64,000 nucleotides of DNA from Monocercomonoides exilis PA203. Taxonomy: Eukaryota; Protista; Preaxostyla. Both the position numbers and the translations under genes were made by a program. Numbering within the stretch: position 1 is the first letter of the stretch; the number at the start of each line of letters is the position of its first letter. The DNA is taken from NCBI GenBank assembly GCA_001643675.2, contig LSRY02000004.1:1302001-1366000 (forward strand). The letters run 5' to 3'. The notes below the pieces were generated by a model that made no database searches, was not told where the DNA came from, and saw nothing but the letters and a program-made list of their open reading frames with translations. Positions 40,301 through 51,400 of this stretch are shown piece after piece.

Positions 40301-42433
40301 TCGTAATTCATGCTTCGTGCTTCGTGCACCATCCTTTGCGATAGTTCATGTTGGTGATGCAAATTCTGTGAGGATATCAGAAGAAGTGCACAACTTTCTG
40401 GAATATGTGTATGTATCCATTCAGGGATTGACAATGCTTTGGCTTTCTGGGCCAGTCCTGTATTGCGTTTGATCTTGAGCAGATGGTTCGTCATAATCTA
40501 CTGCATCAGATATTGTGAGCATCACAGCTCCTGGCGGAAAGAGCTGGATGAATTCGCGCTTCAGTGCAGACAAGGAATATCTCTCTGGTGCTTCGCCTGC
40601 GATGCATCCTTTTATGATTGCTTTCAGCGTTTGTTTTTGGATTGCTTCGATTTTTGGCCTCTCTCCATTCACAATCTTCTGTCCAGCCACCTCTGCCTCA
40701 TACTCTCCAAACGGGATCTTCAGCGTCAAGCACTCCCACAGAATCATTCCAATTGAAAAGGCAACAGTTTCCTTTGTTGCCCCCATCTTCTTGTTGATCA
40801 ACAGCTCGGGTGCCTTCCACCTCAGACACTCTTTTTTGTAATCGTCCTCATCCTCAAAGGCTGATGAGGGCAGAGAACCGCTGTCATTATCATCACTGGC
40901 TGATGTCACAACAGTTGATGAAGAGATGGATGATGAGTCCGAATCATCAGAAGAGAAGTCGGAGTGCATCGCAATGCAAATGACCATGTGCTCGGAGAAC
41001 AATACAATGTGAGGACTCAGATTGGCAAGAGAAGAGAGTGGATTGTCCATTTCATCAAAGGAGTGGAGCGCAAGATTGGCCACCCAGAACAGGATTTGGA
41101 CAGCTGTATATTCTCTCTCCTGAAAGGTGCCAATTGCCATCTCTTTTTTCTCATTCCTTCCATGAAGCAGCATGAACAATGAATCCCTCAAATCTACAAT
41201 CAGCTTCTCATGAGGAGATGAGCAGGCCATTGCATCTACCAGATTCGACATGGATGAAGTTGTGGGGCACAGATCCTCTCTCCGAACAAAAGTGGAATCT
41301 GAATCAGTTGTTGAAGTGGATGAGATGGATGGTGATGGTGTTCGCTTTCTTGTTTCCTCCTCTTCTTTTTCGTCAACCTTCTCCAGCATCCATTCAGGAA
41401 TCTTGTCTGAGTCTCTTCCCAAAATATATTCTGTCGAACCACTCTCACTCAGCAAATGCTCCGATGACTCGGAATGCCCCAAGCTTTTCGCATATACTCT
41501 CTTCTTTATCCTCTCTTCATTCTTCTTCTCTGCTTCCCTCTCTGCTTTCCTCCACTGCTCCTCTGGCGACATCTCCATCGTCACCATCTCAAATGCTTTT
41601 GGGTCCTTCTTCACTGTGTCTTCCACAATCACCTCCAGCTCTTCTGTCCTTCTTTTTTGTTTTCTCCATCGTATTGTTACAAGAATGGATGCAATAAGAA
41701 CAATCAACAAAATCACGACCAAAACAATTATAATAACTGTTGAAGAGGATGATTTCCCTTCTTTTCCTCCCTCAACAATTCTTCCATCTCCTTTTATTTC
41801 AGATTCACTTCTGTTCTTCAGAACAAACGATTCGGTTGATGAAGGAGAGTCTATTCTTCCAAACAGAATGCACACAGACACTTCTGCCTCTTCTGGAGCC
41901 GAGCGGATGGCGCCTGATGGCAGCACCCCCACAGCCTCGCCCTCACCTGCAAATCCGTCTGCCTCGAACTGGTGAGCTGCCATCGACGAGGCTGACCCAA
42001 CGGTGGTTGCCATCTGGAACCACAGGTTGCACGGCAAGAGAAGCGATCCGTGGAACTTCAATGTTGTCTCGCCTCCATCATCTTCAGCCTCCACACCATC
42101 CAGCTGCGGAATAAAGAAAACAGAATTTCTTTCTTCAGCCATCCCTCCCACAGTGCACCCTTCATTCAGAATCCACATCGAGGTGTTGGGCAGCACCCCA
42201 TCTCCGCCTTTCAAACTCATCACATCCAGCGATCCTGCATCTCCACACACAATGTTTCTTCTTGCTGATGGGTATCCTTCGATTGATGGATTATTGTTCG
42301 CAAACTCTCCTTTCTCGATGGTTGCACTCCCTCCACACACAGACAGGCCTCCTTCAGGCGAGTTGGCAAAGGAGGTGTCTTTCATCGCTGCTGTGCTGCT
42401 CGCAATCTCCACAAGAGATCCATTCCATCTGCA
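37361..42433 (-). repeat. Right arm of ~5.1 kb inverted repeat (spacer ~36983-37360)
   Basis: Reverse complement of 31906-36982. SNPs are in the outer ~370 bp, identity decays over the innermost ~40 bp, and there is one homopolymer indel. Confidence 0.95.
37490..40120 (+). pseudogene. Probable decayed gene/transposon remnant inside the palindrome (mirror copy ~34220-36850, - strand)
   Basis: Coding-like, higher-GC patches broken by stops and frameshifts. Degenerate PHD-like string PICGK...PCSGIESVVHAICIG...ICGT*C at ~38207-38338. Identity not resolved. Confidence 0.3.
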
Positions 42434-45400
42434 CAGCTCTTGTGGAGAGAAATTCCTTCTGCTGCTTATTTTATCTTCCACGATCGCTTCAAAATAGCAC
42501 TGATCAAACATCACATTGTTGCACAGTGACAGTTTGGCAAGAATCCCTCTTTTGAGCATGGAAGGCCATCCGCTCATCGAACAGTTTGCAAGGGTTAGAC
42601 GACCAACAGAGGCTGCGGATAGAGTTGTCGAGGAACTTGTAGAAGATGAAGAAAGGGTGTTGTTTGTGAATGTGGTGTGTGAAATGGCTGCATCTCTGCT
42701 GTTCTCGCAGGATATCACACTGCCTGCTGAGGATATGGAGGTGAATCTGGTGGAGGTGATGGCAACCGAACACGATGAGGATGCAATCACAACAGAAGAT
42801 TTGAGGGAGAGGGAGGAGAACAGGCAGCCATTCAGCACGCCATCCCCTTTGCTGAAACATAGAAGCGGAAACAGCGGAAGAACTGAATCAGACGAAAAGG
42901 AGCAGTTTGTCAGCTCGACAACACCCGAGCCTGGAGAGATGAAGGAGGAGTGGGAAGACGAAAACTGGTGTCCAAACACAAAGCACAGATTGGTGATGGC
43001 AACTGTGTTGAGTGTGGTGATCACAGCCTCGCTGCCTTGCGTTGCAAGCGAAGAGATTGAGATGGTGCTCACAGACTTGGATCGCGAGGCAAGCAGAAGG
43101 CTGTCCAGCGTCAGCTCGTCTTCGATGACCGAGGCACCTTCAACCACGAGGCGAGATTCGAAATCGGCAGTGACATGAGCAATGGCATAATCGAGCGAGA
43201 GGCAGGGCAGGAGATGTGTGCCGCACTGCCGCTCGTTCCTTCCTCTGCTCTCGGGGAGCGAGCAGGCAACAACGGTGTCAGCCTGGTAGATTGTGATGAA
43301 GTCCATCAGATTGGTGTCGGTGGTGTGATCTGTTGTGTCGATCCCATAAATCGCATTCTGCCTCACATACACCCCTTCCCGCAGATCGAACCTGAACTGT
43401 GTTTCGTTGATCTGTGCCGAGATGCTGTGGCACGAGACAAAGATGTCGTTCCCCACCTTTGCTGTGTTTCCTGTGAACGACACGCTCTGGAACAGGAGAT
43501 GAAGTGCTCCATTCCCCATGGAATCAACATAAAACGCCCCGCCCTTCCCTTCATCCGAGCAGCAGCAGCGCAGTATTGCCGACTTCACAACAGAAAAAGA
43601 GCCATCTCCGGTCAGCTTGACAAACACTGCGCCTCCTTTTTGGCTTTGCCCTGCCTTGCAGTCGCTGATTGTTGAGCTGTTCACATCAACCACAACCACA
43701 CCGCTTTCTGTGTTGCTGTCAATCACTGCTGCTCCGTTGTCTGTTCTGGTCACAGATGCTATTGCTGATGAAGTCACCGTTATTCTGCTCTTCTCATATG
43801 CATTCACTCCCTTTACTAATTCAATCACTTCCACAACTTCCAGAACACCTCCATCTGAAATATTCACAAACGAGCATGTGAAGTTGATGATCTCGCAAAC
43901 AGCCGAGCCCACAACAATCGCGCTTTTCGAGATGCTAGCCGACTCCACTGACACGTCCACAAGCGAAAGTTTCCCTTTCAGGCAAGCAACAAAACTGCAC
44001 CTGCTCTGCCGCATTCCACCCAGCCCTGCTTCTGTTCCAAACACACACTGCGCCAAACTCAGCACCCCGCCCTCGCACTGAACCAAAGCTGATGCAGAGT
44101 TGTTGAATGAAGACGAGATGATCAGGGAGACACATTTCAGCATCAGCTCATCTGCACATCGGAAGAATGGATCCATGGAATCTCCCGCCTTTTCTCCAAA
44201 AGAAAGTTTGGAGGTGGCCATCTCATCTTCCGCCAACAAGCTGGATTGGATGGTGAAGTTGGAGAGAGTGAAGGTGTTGGCAACTTCAGTGGATTTGGTG
44301 ATGGAGATGAGCTTTGGCGAGGCCTCGCTGCTGATCTGCTGCATCCCTTTCCAGAACGAGCAGCATGGATCATCTGCGCTTCCGCATCTCATCACATCTG
44401 TCCCAGCGTCTGATAGATGGATTGTTGCAGCCGAATACGGAACCAAATATCGGAACAAATCCCACAATTCATCTTCTCCCTCTTTCCCCACAAATGTGTT
44501 GCTGTCGCTCTTCATCGCCTCGAATGAGAAGGCAAATGTTGCCAAAGAGACTGACGAGTTCAAGTTCTCAGAAACAATAAACATGTTTCTGCCTTGCTGA
44601 GCATCGTTTGCTTCGAACGCCATGTTGCCTTCGAATCGGAAGGGTTTTGCTGCTGCAGACTTCGAGCAGTCGATATGCAAAAACCCTCCTCTGCCTCTTC
44701 CTGTGGAGCATTTGCACAGCTCAGCTCGGCAGCTCTTCATGCGCAGCAGGTCTGATCGCTCCAGACAGACAGACATTGCACCGCCTTCTGTGCCTGTGGG
44801 AGAGCAAATGTTGTGGAAGCAGCACTCCTCGAGCGTGGCATAAGACGAAAGTGCGAAGGGGCAGTTCACAAACACCAACGAAGAAACAGACACATTCAAC
44901 AGCTCAGCTGTTCCTCCTTTATTCGACAGCAGAACATATTCCAGCACAGAAGTGGCATCCGAATGGAACGAGGTTGAGTTGAAGGTGAGATATCCGTCAG
45001 ACGACGAAACAACAGAAGACTGTCCATTTGAGAAGAACGCAGGCAGATGGAACTGCACAGAACAAAACGAAAGCGAATTGTTCGAGCTGAAAATCGACTG
45101 GCTCGATCCGCCTGTTGTTTGAGAAATCGACAGTTTGGCAAATGCAGGTGAAGCAGCTGCTGCAGGCAATCCAATGCTGAGCTGAGAAAGGCCAATCTCA
45201 AAGCACTCATCAATTGTCACTTCATCCAGAATTTCAACAAAGCATGATTGAGAAACTTCAGATGCTTGCAAGTTGTTGATGCCCCGCCACAACGAGTGGC
45301 AAGGTGTTTCTGCCTTTCCACACCCAATAAAGTCGATTCCAGCCGATCCAACGCTTATCGTCGATGAAGAATATTTCACCAAAAAATACAGCAGATCTGC

Positions 45401-48400
45401 TGAAACGCTCACAAAATGTGTTTCGTCTCTTCCTTTCAGATCGACTTTTGTCTCTCCGTCTGCTCCAAAATACTCGAAATCAAACAGAGATGGAATGATT
45501 GACGCGTTCAAATCAGCGCTTCTCACAAACATGTCTTTCCCTTCAAATGCCTCATTTCTGCTGAATGTTAAATCAGAAAACAAAAAGACATTGACATTCT
45601 CCTTCAAATCGAGATAGATTCCTCCTCCTCTCCCATTAACCGCATTCACTCCACAAGACACAATTGATGTTTTGTTCATCACCAAAGATCCTTCTCCCTC
45701 CAGAACACAACAAAGAGCCTCTCCATCCCCTTCTGTCGAAGTGCATCCTTCGAATGTGCATGCCCCTGAGATTTCAACAGACTTCGGTCGAGTCATCTCC
45801 AGCATGTGTCCATTTGTCGTCTCGCAATTCTCAAATCCTGTATCCTTCAGCGTTATATCGCAATTCCCGCTTCCAGTTATCAATCCCTTTCGTGCATCAG
45901 AAGAGATTGAAGAAAAGCTGCATGCCTCCAACAGAAGCGATGCTCCATCAATCAAAACAACACCAGCTGCCTGAAATGGAATATTGCTGAAAGTGCAGGA
46001 GTCAAAGTGCACAACTCCGCCCACTCCTGAAACAATCCATTTCGAAGGGTTGGAATTGCTGCTGCTTCCTTGTTCAAATGTGCAATCCAGAAATGAGCAT
46101 TGACCAATGCTGACTTCCACAAGCGAACTCATTTCTGGTGAAGGATTGGGAGACGATGGAAGCACAAATCCCAGTCTGGAAAATGTGAGAGTGGTTGAGC
46201 GACTTCCTTCAACCAGCTCGAACTTTCCGCTGGTTCCAAATATCATTGCTTTTGTTGTGGCATTGCTTTGGATGGTGAGTGAGACTCTGTGCCTGTTCAC
46301 AACAGAATCGATGGGGGTGTTTCCTTCGAGCTGGATGATTGTGTGGGAAGAGTCCATTTTCTGGAAGCCCAGTTCCACTGAGGTGCATGGGTTCCGCTTC
46401 GATCCGCAGTTCTCAACAGCCGAGGCACCGCCATCCACAAACACAAACGAAGTCGGTGGAGGGAACAGATAATCGATCATTGTGGCACCTCCGTCTGCAG
46501 GCTCAGACAGACTGCGCACCCACAGGCGGTCAGGGGCATTGTCTTCAGAAGCTGACCCATTCCAATACATCAGAAGGATTGCTGCCCCTGGCTCTTCGCA
46601 GACAACATACGCATCCTTCCCGCGCAATGCTCCGTTGTTCTCGAAGGTGTTGTTCCTCATCGAGTAATCGAGATGGGAAGAGGCAAACGTGAGGAACAGC
46701 CCTCCTCCATACCCATCTCCGCTGGACACAATGCAGAACTCCACTTTGTTTCTCTCGAAACGGAATGTGCCCCCTTCTTCCACATCCATCAGCACACACC
46801 CTCCAATCGTTCTTGCCGAATAGCATCCACACAGCTTGAATGAGCAGTTCTCCACGCCCAACACCTCGCCAGCACCCAATTCACCCACAATCACTCCTCC
46901 ATCCCCATTTGTTCTGCTCAGATTCGAAAATGTCACATTCTTCACAAGACCATTTGCCAGTGAATAAATTGCAATGTGGCTGCTGTTAGCCATCGTAGAA
47001 TTTTCGATGCTGCTGTTCTCAATTCCCAATTTTTTCCCTCTCACAGCCAAAAGCAGCGCTCCTTCTCCTTCTCTGCTCAGCTTGGATGCTTCCATTCCCT
47101 CAATCGCACACTCAGCATCACTTCCATCAAGTGCAATAATCCCAGCATTTCCCATTGCAAAGTCCTTCATTTTGCATCCATTCAATTCCACTTTCCCATT
47201 TGTCACAAAGATGATCCTGTACTCAACAGCCGAGCTGCTGCTGTTCTGGAACTCGCATCTGTGAATGGTGAGCGTGGCTGACAAGCACAGAAACAGAGAA
47301 GTGCGTGAGGGCTCGTCGAATGATCCTGGCAGTCCAAACACAATTTCGCTGAACTTCACATTCACTGAAGAGCACAACAATCCAGCACCTTCTCCCATTC
47401 CATCACTCCTCACATCAATTATGCCTCCAATCTGCTCAACAGTCACTTCGGTTGGCTGTGTGTCAAAAGATATGGCATCCTTGAAGGAAAAGTCTGCTGT
47501 CAGCCTGATGGATGCGCCAGATGAATTGGATGCTGGAAAGCGCTTGGAGATCGCAAAGGGGATTGTTGCACAGGGGTATATCGAAACGCCGCACATCCGA
47601 TAGTCAAATCCAGTGTTTCCTCCCGCGATTGCAGGTGGCTCAAACGTCAGCAGAAACACAACCAAAGGAATGGCATACGAAACATTCCCATCTTCAAACC
47701 CACACAGCTTCCCAAACTCAGCTGTTGACTCTTTGTCGATATTGAACTTGAATGACTGATTGGTGACGATTTTGTCCAGGCTGTGTCCTTCAACAAACAC
47801 ATTGCTTCCTCCTCCCTCTGCTTCATTGCTTGCGCTGTCTCCATCTGTTCCAAAGGAAACAGCTGTGAGGACAAGATCAGCCAGCCAGTCTGCACACTTC
47901 AGAAATACTCCTCCCCCAAATCCACATTTTGGCAAGGTGCCTTTTGCACTGCACCTGGCAAATCTTGTGGCTGTGCCTTCCTTGCCAATCCGAACTTTGG
48001 CAGTGGAGCTTGTGCTGATATACACCCCTCCACCACATCCCATCACCGAAGAACAGCTGTCAACTGAGACATCGTTCAATTCCAGTGACTCGTTTTCACC
48101 AATGTCTGCCTTGATCACGCTTCCGTTCCCTTCGTTTTTGGTGATCCCTGAAAAAGTATTGTTTTCAGCAACCAGACTTTTGCCACGCTTGTCTTCCACA
48201 AACGAGCAGCATGAAAAGGCAGACTGGCTGATTGTTGTGTTGTGCATGCTCAATGTGCCGGCTGAGGAGTATGCGATGATTCCTGTCTCAACAGCAGATG
48301 TGACATTTGTCCATGTGCATAACTCAATTGCTCCACTCCCTTTGCTGCACACTTTCACCATCTCGGCTGACTGAAACCCGATTGAGTTCACTGTGAATCG

Positions 48401-51400
48401 GGTCATTGCAAACGAGCCTTCAGCAACAGTCAAAAACCCAAAAGCGCATTTTTCTTCACCTTGTTCAGCCAGTATTGAGCATTCCTCCAGATTGAGCATC
48501 GCATTTGTGCTGCACACAAGAAACACCGATGATTGAGGGCTGGGGATGGTTGGCTGCAGGCAAAACGCGAGATGTTTCCATGTTGATGCTTGCTCCATTC
48601 TTATCATCGCCTCTGCTGCTCCTGTCTGGGTGCCAATCATCCTCATCCTTGTTTCTGCCACTGTGCCTTCAAAGGTGATCTCGTTGGCACCTGAGAGGGT
48701 GATTGTCTCGCTGAGTGCATAGACTGGATGCACAATCAGTTCTCCTGACTCGTCTGTTCGCTGCGTCAGTGCAAAGGCAATCGTCTGGCACCCATAATCT
48801 GCGAATCCGCATGCAGACACATCGTTTCCTTCTGAAAGCACATGCACATCTGACTCACGAGGCAGCAGATAAAACACAAGAGGGATAGCAACACTCGGCC
48901 ATTGGGAATCGATTCCAGCACAGCTTTCAGCAGCAAATGGCGCATCTTGAAGGAAGAACTGGAAGGCAGCTGTGGTGATGCTGGATGCCAGATCGACAGA
49001 GGACACAAACAAATCATTGCCATGCTCAGCTGTGTTTGATGCAAAGATCAGGGTATTTGCGAGAAGATATCTGGTGTTGACTTCAGAGAAATCAATGAGA
49101 ACGGCGCCTCCCTTCCCTTTTGAGCCTGCACTTGGCTTTGGAGCCTGGCACGATGTGAATGCAGATGACTCGAGTGTGAGTGCTGATTGGCTGCTGATGT
49201 GAAGCCCAATGGCTCCACCTCCTTTGCCATTTTCAGTCACTGTGCATTTTGTGAATGTGCAGTTGCTTGCTGTGAACGAGCTCGCAAAGCCGCTTCTGGT
49301 GTTCAGAAACACACACGAACCGTCTCCTGCTGTTCTTTTGATCTCTTCAAAAGTGGTGTTCTTTGCCGTCAGCGAATATGTTCCTGAGGAGCTGGCAACA
49401 AATGCAGAGCTGGTGAGATTTGAGCTATGGAATGTGCTGCTTTTGATGGTTGTGGTGCCTGTCGAGTCAACAGATATCAGTCCATCGCTGCCAGTGGTCG
49501 TCATTCCATTTGCATCCAAAGCGTCGAAATCTGCAGAGGCGCTTCCGCTGATGGCAACAAACGGCGCATTGCCAAAACTCAGCTTCTGTGCAAGAGGAGC
49601 AGCAAAGCGGGTTACTAACAGTTTTCCACTTGTGATCTTCACAAGGCAATACGAAACAGAAGCACCCGAAGCAGCTGGCACAGCCGCGCAGTCAGTCATC
49701 GACAGCACATTGGCATTCGAGAGGATAAAGGCGTTCCTCCCATTCAAAGATGCCTCGAGCACAAACTTGATTCTGCTGAAACTTGTTTCCACAGAATTGA
49801 TCAGAAGCCCCTCACTCACTTTCGCTTGCGAGGAGCCAACATTGATGGGCATGCTGTCTTCTTCAGCATCAAACGCATACGATTGACTGTCGAGGAGTGT
49901 TTCTGTTCGGAAGGAGAAGGAAGGCAGAAGGCGAATATTTCTCTTTGTGTTTGCAAATCGCGCAGCTGAAGCGCCTTCCACGCTCTGGCACGGATAGTCG
50001 CTGTATCCGCAGAGGCGATAGTTGTTATCAGTGATCTGTCCAGACACATAAGCGGGAGAAGTGAAGTTCCTCAGAAACAGAGCAAGCGGGAAAATAACTG
50101 ACTCATCCCCATTTTCCATCCCGCTCAGCTCATCAAAATCTGTGATGCCAATCCCAATCACTGGATGAAAGCCAATTGTGTTTGTGTTTGCTGTTCTGAG
50201 CAGTTCTGCACTTTCAATAAAAACATTCTTCCCTTTCCAGCCGTTGCACCCAGAAAACTGAACTGATTTGAGCTGGAAGTCTCCAGCTCCTTCCCTAAGG
50301 CAAAGATAGATTGCCCCGCCTTTCCTCTTCTTCTGGCTGTCTGCAGGAACAGTGCATGTGTCGAACAGGCAGCCAGAATCCACCCCAACCTGTGCTGTGC
50401 TGTGTGCGTTCAGCTCCAGATACAGCGCTCCTCCATTTCCGTCGAAGCACTTGCAGTTCTCCAAAGAAACATTCGAAAGCACAAAGTTCTCTTCTGCCTG
50501 GACAGCCTTGCTGAATACTGAGCCATCGCCTGTCCTGCGGCTGACCATCGATATCTTCACATTGCTCAGCACAAGATGCGCCTGCTGCTCTGTTGCAAAC
50601 AACGATGTGCTCTCAAAAAGCACAGAAGATATCTCACAACTTTCGAGAGAAGCTTCACCCTTTGTCAGCAAAAAGAACGGTTTGTTGAATGCAGCTGAAG
50701 TTGAGTCAGCCTTCAATGAGCATTCATGCAGTGCAAGCACAGAATCCTCGCTGTTCTCAGCAAATAGGCATTTATCTGAGGAAGATGTCGAGCTGTGAAC
50801 AATCTGCATTCCGCGCATGTCCAACGATCCACCAAGAAGAGTGCAAAATGCGCTGCTTGATGGTATTGTGTGGATTGTTATGCTCGATGAAGAAGTGTTC
50901 TTTTCAATGACTATGTTCTGAAAAGCAAGTGAAATTGAGTCCTCTGCATATTTTCCAGAATAGAGTTTGACTGAAAGATGATATGAGTTTATCCACTGCT
51001 TGCATGAAAAGCCCAGTGTGCTGCATTCATTTGAAATATCACCACATCCCGCCACATCTCCAGACTCTCGCATTGGATCCACATGAATAACAGTTCCAGA
51101 TGGATTGGGAAGGAGAGAATTTCGTTCTTCTCCATTTGTGCAAGCACGGTATCCTTGTGTGCACATCCAAACTCTGTTTTGTTTGCTCAACGAAAAGCAA
51201 AATAGAATACAAGATGAGTCAATGAGATTATGATAATGCTCTGTAAAAACAATATCGTTTCCATTTGATGCTGAGTTGTTTTCAAAGAAACAGTAAGAAA
51301 ACATCGGTGCAGTTACAGAACCTTCATGATCCTTGCACACGAATATTGCCCCTCCGAAAGAGGCTGCAAAGTTCGAATCACACAATAATTCAGTAGCAGT

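Noticed and set aside
31906-42433. Palindrome as a fold-back read or assembly artefact
   Set aside because: Not favoured: the arms have edge SNPs and a unique spacer, and each runs in frame into a different long ORF. Read-level confirmation is still needed.
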